DNA from: Euprymna scolopes
Taxonomy: Eukaryota
Reading direction: 5' to 3' (one strand)
NCBI GenBank assembly: GCA_053919585.1
Contig: CM132788.1
Length of the DNA: 64,000 bases
The notes beneath the pieces were generated by a model. It did not search any database and had not been told where the DNA came from. It saw only the letters and a program-made list of their open reading frames with translations. The translations under genes were made by a program, and so were the position numbers. Each line of letters starts with the position of its first letter. Position 1 is the first letter of the stretch. This document shows, in pieces, positions 12,601-27,600 of this stretch.

Positions 12601-15600
12601 ATTAATCTCAGTTCTTTCTATAATCTGATTAATCTCAGTTCTTTCTATAATCTAATTAATCTCAGTCCTTTCTATAATCTAAATTATCTCAGTTCTTTCT
12701 ATAATCTAATTAATCTCAGTTCTTTCTATAATCTAATTAATCTAAGTTCTTTCTATAATCTGATTAATCTCAATCCTTTCTATAATCTGATTAATCTCAG
12801 TTCTTTCTATAATCTGATTAATCTCAGTTCTTTCTATAATCTAAATTATCTCAGTTCTTTCTATAATCTAATTAATCTCAGTTCTTTCTATAATCTAATT
12901 AATCTCAGTCCTTCCTGTAATCTAAATTATCTCAGTTCTTTCTATAATCTCATTAATCTCAGTTCTTTCTAAAATCTGATTAATCTCAGTTCTTTCTATA
13001 ATCTGATTAATCTCAGTTCTTTCTATAATCTAATTAATCTCAGTCCTTTCTATAATCTGATTAATCTCAGTTCTTTCTATAATCTGATTAATCTCAGTTC
13101 TTTCTATAATCTAAATTAATCTCAGTTCTTTCTATAATCTAATAAATCTCAGTTCTTTCTATAATCTGATTAATCTCAGTTCTTTCTATAATCTCATTAA
13201 TCACAGTTCTTTCTATAATCTAATTAATCTCAGTTCTTTCTATAATCTGATTAATCTCAGTTCTTTCTATAATCTGATTAATCTCAGTTCTTTCTATAAT
13301 CAAAATTATCTCAGTTCTTTCTATAATCTCATTAATCTCAGTTCTTTCTATAATCTAATTAATCTCAGTTCTTTCTATAATCTCATTAATCTCAGTTCTT
13401 TCTATAATCTCATTAATCTCAGTTCTTTCTATAATTTCATTAATCTCAGTTCTTTCTATAATCTAATAAATCTCAGTTCTTTCTATAATCTGATTAATCT
13501 CAGTTCTTTCTATAATCTCATTAATCTCAGTTCTTTCTATAATCTCATTAATCTCAGTTCTTTCTATAATCTAATTAATCTCAGTCCTTTCTATAATCTA
13601 AATTATCTCAGTTCTTTCTATAATCTAATTAATCTCAGTTCTTTCTATAATCTAAATTATCTCAGTTCTTTCTATAATCTAAATTATCTCAGTTCTTTCT
13701 ATAATCTCATTAATCTCAGTTCTTTCTATAATCTAATTAATCTCAGTCCTTTCTATAATCTAAATTATCTCAGTTCTTTCTATAATCTAATTAATCTCAG
13801 TTCTTTCTATAATCTAAATTATCTCAGTTCTTTCTATAATCTAAATTATCTCAGTTCTTTCTATAATCTAATTAATCTCAGTCCTTTCTATAATCTAAAT
13901 TATCTCAGTTCTTTCTATAATCTCATTAATCTCAGTTCTTTCTATAATCTAATTTATCTTAGTTCTTTCTATAATCTAATTAATCTCAGTTCTTTCTATA
14001 ATCTGATTAATCTCAGTCCTTTCTATAATCTGATTAATCCTAGTGCTTTCTATAATCTAATTAATCTCAGTTCTTTCTATAATCTAATTAATCTCAGTCC
14101 TTTCTTTAATCTAAATTATCTCAGTTCTTTCTATAATCTCATTAATCTCAGTTCTTTCTATAATCTAATTAATCTGAGTTCTTTCTATAATCTGATTAAT
14201 CTCAGTTCTTTCTATAATCTAATTAATATCAGTCCTTTCAACAATCTAAATTATCTCAGTTCTTTCTATAATCTAATTAATCTCAGTTCTTTCCATAATC
14301 TGATTAATCTCAGTTCTTTCTATAATCTGATTAATCTCAGTTCTTTCTATGATCTGATTAATTTCAGTTCTTTCTATAATCTGATTAATCTCAGTTCTTT
14401 CTATAATCTAATTAATCTCAGTCCTTTCTATAATCTAAATTATCTCAGTTCTTTCTATAATCTAAATTATCTCAGTTCTTTCTATAATCTAATTAATCTC
14501 AGTTCTTTCCATGATCTGATTAATCTCAGTTCTTTCTATAATCTGATTAATCTCAGTTCTTTCTATGATCTGATTAATCTCAGTTCTTTCAATAATATCA
14601 TTAATCTCAGTTCTTTCTATAATCTAATTAATCTCAGTCCTTTCTATAATCTAATTAATCTCAGTTCTTTCTATAATCTGATTAATCTCAGTTCTTTCTA
14701 TAATCTGATTAATCTCAGTTCTTTCTATAATCTGATTAATCTCAGTCCTTTCTATAATCTAATTAATCTCAGTTCTCTCTATAATCTGATTAATCTCAGT
14801 TCTTTCTATAATCTAATTAATCTTAGTCCTTTCTATAATCTAAATTATCTCAGTTCTTTCTATAATCTGATTAATTTCAGTTCTTTCTATAATCTAATTA
14901 ATCTCAGTTCTTTCTATAATCTAAATTATCTCAGTTCTTTCTATAATCTGATTTATCTCAGTTCTTTCTATAATCTAATTAATCTCAGTCCTTTCTATAA
15001 TCTAAATTATCTCAGTTCTTTCTATAATCTGATTAATCTCAGTCCTTTCTATAATCTAATTAATCTCAGTTCTTTCTATAATCTGATTAATCTCAGTCCT
15101 TTCTATAATCTGATTCATCTCAGTTCTTTCTATAATCTAAATTATCTCAGTTCTTTCTATAATCTAATTAATCTCAGTCCTTTCCATAATCTAAATTATC
15201 TCAGTTCTTTCTATAATCTAATTAATCTCAGTCCTTTCTATAATCTAATTAATCTCAGTCCTTTCTATAATCTAATTAATCTCAGTCCTTTCTATAATCT
15301 GATTAATCTCAGTTCTTTCTATAATCTAATTAATCTCAGTCCTTTCTATAATCTAAATTATCTCAGTTCTTTCTATAATCTGATTAATCTCAGTTCTTTC
15401 TATAATCTAATTAATCTCAGTCCTTTCTATAATCTAATTAATCTCAGTCCTTTCTATAATCTAAATTATCTCAGTTCTTTCCATAATCTTATCAATCTCA
15501 GTTCTTTCTATAATCTAATTAATCTCAGTCCTTTCTATAATCTAAATTATCTCAGTTCTTTCTATAATCTGATTAATCTCAGTTCTTTCTATAATCTAAA

Positions 15601-18600
15601 TTATCTCAGTTCTTTCTATAATCTAATAAATCTCAGTCCTTTCTATAATCTAAATTATCTCAGTTCTTTCTATAATCTAATTAATCTCAGTTCTTTCTAT
15701 AATCTTATTAATCTCAGTCCTTTCTATAATCTGATTAATCTCAATCCTTTCTATAATCTCATTAATCTCAGTTCTTTCTATAATCAAATTAATCTCAGTT
15801 CTTTCTATAATCTGATTAATCTCAGTTCTTTCTATAATCTAATTAATCTCAGTCCTTTCTATAATCTAAATTATCTCAGTTCTTTCTATAATCTAAATTA
15901 TCTCAGTTCTTTCTATAATCTAATTAATCTCAGTTCTTTCCATGATCTGATTAATCTCAGTTCTTTCTATAATCTGATTAATCTCAGTTCTTTCTATGAT
16001 CTGATTAATCTCAGTTCTTTCAATAATATCATTAATCTCAGTTCTTTCTATAATCTAATTAATCTCAGTCCTTTCTATAATCTAATTAATCTCAGTTCTT
16101 TCTATAATCTGATTAATCTCAGTTCTTTCTATAATCTGATTAATCTCAGTTCTTTCTATAATCTGATTAATCTCAGTCCTTTCTATAATCTAATTAATCT
16201 CAGTTCTCTCTATAATCTGATTAATCTCAGTTCTTTCTATAATCTAATTAATCTTAGTCCTTTCTATAATCTAAATTATCTCAGTTCTTTCTATAATCTG
16301 ATTAATTTCAGTTCTTTCTATAATCTAATTAATCTCAGTTCTTTCTATAATCTAAATTATCTCAGTTCTTTCTATAATCTGATTTATCTCAGTTCTTTCT
16401 ATAATCTAATTAATCTCAGTCCTTTCTATAATCTAAATTATCTCAGTTCTTTCTATAATCTGATTAATCTCAGTCCTTTCTATAATCTAATTAATCTCAG
16501 TTCTTTCTATAATCTGATTAATCTCAGTCCTTTCTATAATCTGATTCATCTCAGTTCTTTCTATAATCTAAATTATCTCAGTTCTTTCTATAATCTAATT
16601 AATCTCAGTCCTTTCCATAATCTAAATTATCTCAGTTCTTTCTATAATCTAATTAATCTCAGTCCTTTCTATAATCTAATTAATCTCAGTCCTTTCTATA
16701 ATCTAATTAATCTCAGTCCTTTCTATAATCTGATTAATCTCAGTTCTTTCTATAATCTAATTAATCTCAGTCCTTTCTATAATCTAAATTATCTCAGTTC
16801 TTTCTATAATCTGATTAATCTCAGTTCTTTCTATAATCTAATTAATCTCAGTCCTTTCTATAATCTAATTAATCTCAGTCCTTTCTATAATCTAAATTAT
16901 CTCAGTTCTTTCCATAATCTTATCAATCTCAGTTCTTTCTATAATCTAATTAATCTCAGTCCTTTCTATAATCTAAATTATCTCAGTTCTTTCTATAATC
17001 TGATTAATCTCAGTTCTTTCTATAATCTAAATTATCTCAGTTCTTTCTATAATCTAATAAATCTCAGTCCTTTCTATAATCTAAATTATCTCAGTTCTTT
17101 CTATAATCTAATTAATCTCAGTTCTTTCTATAATCTTATTAATCTCAGTCCTTTCTATAATCTGATTAATCTCAATCCTTTCTATAATCTCATTAATCTC
17201 AGTTCTTTCTATAATCAAATTAATCTCAGTTCTTTCTATAATCTGATTAATCTCAGTTCTTTCTATAATCTGATTAATCTCAGTTCTTTCTATAATCTAA
17301 TTAATCTCAGTTCTTTCTATAATCTGATTAATCTCAGTTCTTTCTATAATCTGATTAATCTCAGTTCTTTCTATAATCTAATTAATCTCAGTTCTTTCTA
17401 TAATCTCATTAATCTCAGTTCTTTCTATAATCTAATTAATCTCAGTTTTTTCTATAATCTCATTAATCTCAGTTCTTTCCATGATCTGATTAATCTCAGT
17501 TCTTTCTATAATCTGATTAATCTCAGTTCTTTCTATGATCTGATTGATCTCAGTTCTTTCAATAATATCATTAATCTCAGTTCTTTCTATAATCTAATTA
17601 ATCTCAGTCCTTTCTATAATCTAATTAATCTCAGTTCTTTCTATAATCTGATTAATCTCAGTTCTTTCTATAATCTGATTAATCTCAGTTCTTTCTATAA
17701 TCTGATTAATCTCAGTCCTTTCTATAATCTAATTAATCTCAGTTCTTTCTATAATCTGATTAATCTCAGTTCTTTCTATAATCTAATTAATCTTAGTCCT
17801 TTCTATAATCTATATTATCTCAGTTCTTTCTATACTCTGATTAATCTCAGTTCTTTCTATAATCTAATTAATCTCAGTTCTTTCTATAATCTAAATTATC
17901 TCAGTTCTTTCTATAATCTGATTTATCTCAGTTCTTTCTATAATCTAATTAATCTCAGTCCTTTCTATAATCTAAATTATCTCAGTTCTTTTTATAATCT
18001 GATTAATCTCAGTCCTTTCTATAATCTAATTAATCTCAGTTCTTTCTATAATCTGATTAATCTCAGTCCTTTCTATAATCTAATTCATCTCAGTTCTTTC
18101 TATAATCTAAATTATCTCAGTTCTTTCTATAATCTAATTAATCTCAGTCCTTTCCATAATCTAAATTATCTCAGTTATTTCTATAATCTAATTAATCTCA
18201 GTCCTTTCTATAATCTAATTAATCTCAGTTCTTTCTATAATCTAATTAATCTCAGTTCTTTCTATAATCTAAATTATCTCAGTTCTTTCTATAATCTAAT
18301 TAATCTCAGTCCTTTCTATAATCTAAATTATCTCAGTCCTTTCTATAATCTGATTAATCTCAGTTCTTTCTATAATCTAATTAATCTCAGTCCTTTCTAT
18401 AATCTAAATTATCTCAGTTCTTTCTATAATCTTATTAATCTCAGTTCTTTCTATAATCTAATTAATCTCAGTCCTTTCTATAATCTAATTAATCTCAGTC
18501 CTTTCTATAATCTAAATTATCTCAGTTCTTTCCATAATCTTATCAATCTCAGTTCTTTCTATAATCTAATTAATCTCAGTCCTTTCTATAATCTAAATTA

Positions 18601-21600
18601 TCTCAGTTCTTTCTATAATCTGATTAATCTCAGTTCTTTCTATAATCTAAATTATCTCAGTTCTTTCTATAATCTAATTAATCTCAGTCCTTTCTATAAT
18701 CTAAATTATCTCAGTTCTTTCTATAATCTAATTAATCTCAGTTCTTTCTATAATCTAATTAATCTCAGTCCTTTCTATAATCTGATTAATCTCAATCCTT
18801 TCTATAATCTCATTAATCGCAGTTCTTTCTATAATCTGATTAATCTCAGTTCTTTCTATAATCTCATTAATCTCAGTTCTTTCTATAATCAAATTAATCT
18901 CAGTTCTTTCTATAATCTGATTAATCTCAGTTCTTTCTATAATCTGATTAATCTAAGTTCTTTCTATAATCTAATTAATCTCAGTTCTTTCTATAATCTG
19001 ATTAATCTCAGTTCTTTCTATAATCTGATTAATCTCAGTTCTTTCTATAATCTAATTAATCTCAGTTCTTTCTATAATCTCATTAATCTCAGTTCTTTCT
19101 ATAATCTAATTAATCTCAGTTCTTTCTATAATCTCATTAATCTCAGTTCTTTCTATAATCTCATTAATCTCAGTTCTTTCTATAATCTAATTAATCACAG
19201 TTCTTTCTATAATCTGATTAATCTCAGTTCTTTCTATAATCTCATTAATCTCAGTTCTTTCTATAATCTAAGTTATCTCAGTCCTTTCTATAATCTAAAT
19301 TATCTCAGTTCTTTCTATAATCTCATTAATCTCAGTTCTTTCTATAATCTTATTAATCTCAGTAAATTCTATAATCTAATTATTTTCAGTTCTTTCTATA
19401 ATCTGATTAATCTCAGTTCTTTCTATAATCTAATTTATCTCGGTTCTTTCTATAATCTAATTAATCTCAGTCCTTTCTTTAATCTAAATAATCTCAGTTC
19501 TTTCTATAATCTCATAAATCTCAGTTCGTTCTATAATCTGATTAATCTCAGTTCTTTCTATACTCTGATTAATATCAATTCTTTCTATAATCTCATTAAT
19601 CTCAGTTCTTTCTATAATCTAATTAATCTCAGTCCTTTCTATAATCTGATTAATCTCAGTTCTTTCTATAATCTAATTAATCTCAGTTCTTTCTATAATC
19701 TGATTAATCTCAGTTCTTTCTATAATCTAATTAATCTCAGTCCTTTCTATAATCTTAATTATCTCAGTTTTTTTCTATAATCTAATTAATCTCAGTTCTT
19801 TTCATAATCTGATTAATCTCAGTTCTTTCTATAATCTGATTAATCTCAGTTCTTTCTATAATCTGATTAATCTAAGTTCTTTCTATAATCTAATTAATCT
19901 CAGTCCTTTCTATAATCTAAATTATCTCAGTTCTTTCTATAATCTAAATTATCTCAGTTCTTTCTATAATCCAATTTATCTCAGTTCTTTCCATGATCTG
20001 ATTAATCTCAGTTCTTTCTATAATCTGATTAATCTCAGTTCTTTCTATGATCTGATTAATCTCAGTTCTTTCTATAATCTAATTAATCTCAGTTCTTTCT
20101 ATAATCTAATTAATCTTAGTCCTTTCTATAATCTAAATTATCTCAGTTCTTTCTATAATCTGATTAATCTCAGTTCTTTCTATAATCTAATTAATCTCAG
20201 TTCTTTCTATAATCTAAATTATCTCAGTTCTTTCTATAATCTGATTAATCTCAGTTCTTTCTATAATCTAATTAATCTCAGTCCTTTCTATAATCTAAAT
20301 TATCTCAGTTTTTTCTATAATCTGATTAATCTCAGTTCTTTCTATAATCTAAATTATCTCAGTCCTTTCTATAATCTAAATTATCTCAGTCCTTTCTATA
20401 ATCTAAATTATCTCAGTTCTTTCCATAATCTGATTCATCTCAGTTCTTTCTATAATCTAATTAATCTCAGTCCTTTCTATAATCTAAATTATCTCAGTTC
20501 TTTCTATAATCTGATTAATCTCAGTTCTTTCTATAATCTAATTAATCTCAGTCCTTTCTATAATCTAAATTATCTCAGTTCTTTCCATAATCTGATTAAT
20601 CTCAGTTCTTTCTATAATCTAATTAATCTCAGTCCTTTCTATAATCTAAATTATCTCAGTTCTTTCTATAATCTAATTAATCTCAGTTCTTTCTATAATC
20701 TAATTAATCTCAGTCCTTTCTATAATCTAAATTATCTCAGTTCTTTCTATAATCTAAATTATCTCAGTTCTTTCCATAATCTGATTAATCTCAGTTCTTT
20801 CTATAATCTAATTAATCTCAGTCCTTTCTATAATCTTAATTATCTCAGTTATTTCTATAATCTGATTAATCTCAGTTCTTTCTATAATCTAATTAATCTC
20901 AGTCCTTTCTATAATCTAAATTATCTCAGTTCTTTCTATAATCTTATAAATCTCAGTTCTTTCTATAATCTCATTTATCTCAGTTCTTTTATAATCTAAT
21001 TAATCTCAGTCCTTTCTATAATCTAACTCATCTCAGTTCTTTCTATAATCTAATTAATCTCAGTTCTTTCTATAATCTAATTAATCTCAGTTCTTTCTAT
21101 AATCTGATTAATCTCAGTTCTTTCTATAATCTAATTAATCTCAGTTCTTTCTATAATCTGATTAATCTCAGTTCTTTCTATAATCTAATCATTCTCAGTT
21201 CTTTCTATAATCTGATTAATCTCAGTCCTTTCTATAATCTAATTAATATCAGTTCTTTCTATAATCTAATTAATCTCAGTTCTTTCTATAATCTAAATTA
21301 TCTCAGTTCTTTCTATAATCTGATTAATCTCAGTCCTTTCTATAATCTAAATTATCTCAGTCCTTTCTATAATCTGATTAATCTCAGTTCTTTCTATAAT
21401 CTAATTAATCTCAGTCCTTTCTATAATCTAAATTATCTCAGTTCTTTCTATAATCTGATTAATCTTAGTTTTTTCTATAATCTGATTAATCTCAGTCCTT
21501 TCTATAATCTAAATTATCTCAGTCCTTTCTATAATCTAAATTATCTCAGTTCTTTCCATAATCTGATTAATCTCAGTTCTTTCTATAATCTAATTAATCT

Positions 21601-24600
21601 CAGTCCTTTCTATAATCTAAATTATCTCAGTTCTTTCTATAATCTGATTAATATCAGTTCTTTCTATAATCTAATTAATCTCAGTCCTTTCTATAATCTA
21701 AATTATCTCAGTCCTTTCTATAATCTAAATTATCTCAGTTCTTTCCATGATCTAATTAATCTCAGTCCTTTCTATAATCTTAATTATCTCAGTTTTTTTC
21801 TATAATCTAATTAATCTCAGTTCTTTCCATAATCTGATTAATCTCAGTTCTTTCTATAATCTGATTAATCTCAGTTCTTTCAATAATATCATTAATCTCA
21901 GTTCTTTCTATAATCTAATTAATCTCAGTCCTTTCTATAATCTAAATTATCTCAGTTCTTTCTATAATCTAAATTATCTCAGTTCTTTCTATAATCTAAT
22001 TTATCTCAGTTCTTTCCATGATCTGATTAATCTCAGTTCTTTCTATAATCTGATTAATCTCAGTTCTTTCTATGATCTGATTAATCTCAGTTCTTTCTAT
22101 AATCTAATTAATCTCAGTTCTTTCTATAATCTAATTAATCTTAGTCCTTTCTATAATCTAAATTATCTCAGTTCTTTCTATAATCTGATTAATCTCAGTT
22201 CTTTCTATAATCTAATTAATCTCAGTTCTTTCTATAATCTAAATTATCTCAGTTCTTTCTATAATCTGATTAATCTCAGTTCTTTCTATAATCTAATTAA
22301 TCTCAGTCCTTTCTATAATCTAAATTATCTCATTTTTTTCTATAATCTGATTAATCTCAGTTCTTTCTATAATCTAAATTATCTCAGTCCTTTCTATAAT
22401 CTAAATTACCTCAGTCCTTTCTATAATCTAAATTATCTCAGTTCTTTCCATAATCTGATTCATCTCAGTTCTTTCTATAATCTAATTAATCTCAGTCCTT
22501 TCTATAATCTAAATTATCTCAGTTCTTTCTATAATCTGATTAATCTAAGTTCTTTCTATAATCTAATTAATCTCAGTCCTTTCTATAATCTAAATTATCT
22601 CAGTTCTTTCCATAATCTGATTAATCTCAGTTCTTTCTATAATCTAATTAATCTCAGTCCTTTCTATAATCTAATTAATCTCAGTTCTTTCTATAATCTA
22701 ATTAATCTCAGTTCTTTCTATAATCTAATTAATCTCAGTCCTTTCTATAATCTAAATTATCTCAGTTCTTTCTATAATCTAAATTATCTCAGTTCTTTCC
22801 ATAATCTGATTAATCTCAGTTCTTTCTATAATCTAATTAATCTCAGTCCTTTCTATAATCTTAATTATCTCAGTTCTTTCTATAATCTGATTAATCTCAG
22901 TTCTTTCTATAATCTAATTAATCTCAGTCCTTTCTATAATCTAAATTATCTCAGTTCTTTCTATAATCTGATTAATCTCAGTTCTTTCTATAATCTTATA
23001 AATCTCAGTTCTTTCTATAATCTCATTTATCTCAGTTCTTTTATAATCTAATTAATCTCAGTCCTTTCTATAATCTAACTCATCTCAGTTCTTTCTATAA
23101 TCTAATTAATCTCAGTTCTTTCTATAATCTAATTAATCTCAGTTCTTTCTATAATCTGATTAATCTCAGTCCTTTCTATAATCTAATTAATCTCAGTTCT
23201 TTCTATAATCTGATTAATCTCAGTTCTTTCTATAATCTAATTAATCTCAGTTCTTTCTATAATCTAATTAATCTCAGTCCTTTCTATAATCTAATTAATA
23301 TCAGTTCTTTCTATAATCTAATTAATCTCAGTTCTTTCTATAATCTAAATTATCTCAGTTCTTTCTATAATCTAATTAATCTCAGTCCTTTCTATAATCT
23401 AAATTATCTCAGTCCTTTCTATAATCTGATTAATCTCAGTTCTTTCTATAATCTAATTAATCTCAGTCCTTTCTATAATCTAAATTATCTCAGTTCTTTC
23501 TATAATCTGATTAATCTTAGTTTTTTCTATAATCTGATTAATCTCAGTCCTTTCTATAATCTAAATTATCTCAGTCCTTTCTATAATCTAAATTATCTCA
23601 GTTCTTTCAATAATCTGATTAATCTCAGTTCTTTCTATAATCTAATTAATCTCAGTCCTTTCTATAATCTAAATTATCTCAGTTCTTTCTATAATCTGAT
23701 TAATATCAGTTCTTTCTATAATCTAATTAATCTCAGTCCTTTCTATAATCTAAATTATCTCAGTCCTTTCTATAATCTTAATTATCTCAGTTCTTTCCAT
23801 AATCTGATTAATCTCAGTTCTTCCTATAATCTAATTAATCTCAGTCCTTTCTATAATCTAAATTATCTCAGTTCTTTCTATAATCTGATTAATCTCAGTT
23901 CTTTCTATAATCTAATTAATCTCAGTCCTTTCTATAATCTAATTAATCTCAGTTCTTTCTATAATCTGATTAATCTCAGTTCTTTCTATAATCTAATTAA
24001 TCTCAGTCCTTTCTATAATCTAAATTATCTCAGTCCTTTCTATAATCTCATTAATCTCAGTTCTTTCTATAATCTAATTAATCTCAGTCCTTTCTATAAT
24101 CTAAATTATCTCAGTTCTTTCTATAATCTGATTTATCTCAGTTCTTTCTATAATCTAATTAATCTCAGTCCTTTCTATAATCTGAATTATCTCAGTCCTT
24201 TCTATAATCTAAATTATCTCAGTTCTTTCTATAATCTTATTAATCTCAGTTCTTTCTATAATCTAATTAATCTCAGTCCTTTCTATAATCTAAATTATCT
24301 CAGTTCTTTCTATAATCTGATTAATCTCAGTTCTTTCTATAATCTAATTAATCTCAGTCCTTTCTATAATCTTAACTATCTCAGTTCTTTCTATAATCTG
24401 ATTAATCTCAGTTCTTTCTATAATCTAATTAATCTCAGTCCTTTCTATAATCTAAATTATCTCAGTCCTTTCTATAATCTGATTAATCTCAGTTCTTTCT
24501 ATAATCTAAATTATCTCAGTCCTTTCTATAATCTAAATTATCTCAGTTCTTTCTATAATCTGATTAATCTCAGTTCTTTCTATAATCTAATTAATCTCAG

Positions 24601-27600
24601 TCCTTTCTATAATCTGAATTATCTCAGTCCTTTCTATAATCTAAATTATCTCAGTTCTTTCTATAATCTGATTAATCTCAGTTCTTTCTATAATCTAATT
24701 AATCTCAGTCCTTTCTATAATCTAAATTATCTCATTTTTTTCTATAATCTGATTAATCTCAGTTCTTTCTATAATCTAAATTATCTCAGTCCTTTCTATA
24801 ATCTAAATTACCTCAGTCCTTTCTATAATCTAAATTATCTCAGTTCTTTCCATAATCTGATTCATCTCAGTTCTTTCTATAATCTAATTAATCTCAGTCC
24901 TTTCTATAATCTAAATTATCTCAGTTCTTTCTATAATCTGATTAATCTAAGTTCTTTCTATAATCTAATTAATCTCAGTCCTTTCTATAATCTAAATTAT
25001 CTCAGTTCTTTCCATAATCTGATTAATCTCAGTTCTTTCTATAATCTAATTAATCTCAGTCCTTTCTATAATCTAATTAATCTCAGTTCTTTCTATAATC
25101 TAATTAATCTCAGTTCTTTCTATAATCTAATTAATCTCAGTCCTTTCTATAATCTAAATTATCTCAGTTCTTTCTATAATCTAAATTATCTCAGTTCTTT
25201 CCATAATCTGATTAATCTCAGTTCTTTCTATAATCTAATTAATCTCAGTCCTTTCTATAATCTTAATTATCTCAGTTCTTTCTATAATCTGATTAATCTC
25301 AGTTCTTTCTATAATCTAATTAATCTCAGTCCTTTCTATAATCTAAATTATCTCAGTTCTTTCTATAATCTGATTAATCTCAGTTCTTTCTATAATCTTA
25401 TAAATCTCAGTTCTTTCTATAATCTCATTTATCTCAGTTCTTTTATAATCTAATTAATCTCAGTCCTTTCTATAATCTAACTCATCTCAGTTCTTTCTAT
25501 AATCTAATTAATCTCAGTTCTTTCTATAATCTAATTAATCTCAGTTCTTTCTATAATCTGATTAATCTCAGTCCTTTCTATAATCTAATTAATCTCAGTT
25601 CTTTCTATAATCTGATTAATCTCAGTTCTTTCTATAATCTAATTAATCTCAGTTCTTTCTATAATCTAATTAATCTCAGTCCTTTCTATAATCTAATTAA
25701 TATCAGTTCTTTCTATAATCTAATTAATCTCAGTTCTTTCTATAATCTAAATTATCTCAGTTCTTTCTATAATCTAATTAATCTCAGTCCTTTCTATAAT
25801 CTAAATTATCTCAGTCCTTTCTATAATCTGATTAATCTCAGTTCTTTCTATAATCTAATTAATCTCAGTCCTTTCTATAATCTAAATTATCTCAGTTCTT
25901 TCTATAATCTGATTAATCTTAGTTTTTTCTATAATCTGATTAATCTCAGTCCTTTCTATAATCTAAATTATCTCAGTCCTTTCTATAATCTAAATTATCT
26001 CAGTTCTTTCAATAATCTGATTAATCTCAGTTCTTTCTATAATCTAATTAATCTCAGTCCTTTCTATAATCTAAATTATCTCAGTTCTTTCTATAATCTG
26101 ATTAATATCAGTTCTTTCTATAATCTAATTAATCTCAGTCCTTTCTATAATCTAAATTATCTCAGTCCTTTCTATAATCTTAATTATCTCAGTTCTTTCC
26201 ATAATCTGATTAATCTCAGTTCTTCCTATAATCTAATTAATCTCAGTCCTTTCTATAATCTAAATTATCTCAGTTCTTTCTATAATCTGATTAATCTCAG
26301 TTCTTTCTATAATCTAATTAATCTCAGTCCTTTCTATAATCTAATTAATCTCAGTTCTTTCTATAATCTGATTAATCTCAGTTCTTTCTATAATCTAATT
26401 AATCTCAGTCCTTTCTATAATCTAAATTATCTCAGTCCTTTCTATAATCTCATTAATCTCAGTTCTTTCTATAATCTAATTAATCTCAGTCCTTTCTATA
26501 ATCTAAATTATCTCAGTTCTTTCTATAATCTGATTTATCTCAGTTCTTTCTATAATCTAATTAATCTCAGTCCTTTCTATAATCTGAATTATCTCAGTCC
26601 TTTCTATAATCTAAATTATCTCAGTTCTTTCTATAATCTTATTAATCTCAGTTCTTTCTATAATCTAATTAATCTCAGTCCTTTCTATAATCTAAATTAT
26701 CTCAGTTCTTTCTATAATCTGATTAATCTCAGTTCTTTCTATAATCTAATTAATCTCAGTCCTTTCTATAATCTTAACTATCTCAGTTCTTTCTATAATC
26801 TGATTAATCTCAGTTCTTTCTATAATCTAATTAATCTCAGTCCTTTCTATAATCTAAATTATCTCAGTCCTTTCTATAATCTGATTAATCTCAGTTCTTT
26901 CTATAATCTAAATTATCTCAGTCCTTTCTATAATCTAAATTATCTCAGTTCTTTCTATAATCTGATTAATCTCAGTTCTTTCTATAATCTAATTAATCTC
27001 AGTCCTTTCTATAATCTGAATTATCTCAGTCCTTTCTATAATCTAAATTATCTCAGTTCTTTCTATAATCTGATTAATCTCAGTTCTTTCTATAATCTAA
27101 TTAATCTCAGTCCTTTCTATAATCTACATTATCTCAGTCCTTTCTATAATCTGATTAATCTCAGTTCTTTCTATAATCTAAATTATCTCAGTCCTTTCTA
27201 TAATCTACATTATCTCAGTTCTTTCTATAATCTGATTAATCTCAGTTCTTTCTATAATCTAATTAATCCCAGTCCTTTCTATAATCTGAATTGTCTCAGT
27301 CCTTTCTATAATCTAAATTATCTCAGTTCTTTCTATAATCTGATTAATCTCAGTTCTTTCTATAATCTAAATTATCTCAGTCCTTTCTATAATCTAAATT
27401 ATCTCAGTTCTTTCCATAATCTGATTCATCTCAGTTCTTTCTATAATCTAATTAATCTCAGTCCTTTCTATAATCTAAATTATCTCAGTTCTTTCTATAA
27501 TCTAATTAATCTCAGTTCTTTCTATAATCTAATTAATCTCAGTCCTTTCTATAATCTAAATTATCTCAGTTCTTTCCATAATCTGATTTATCTCAGTTCT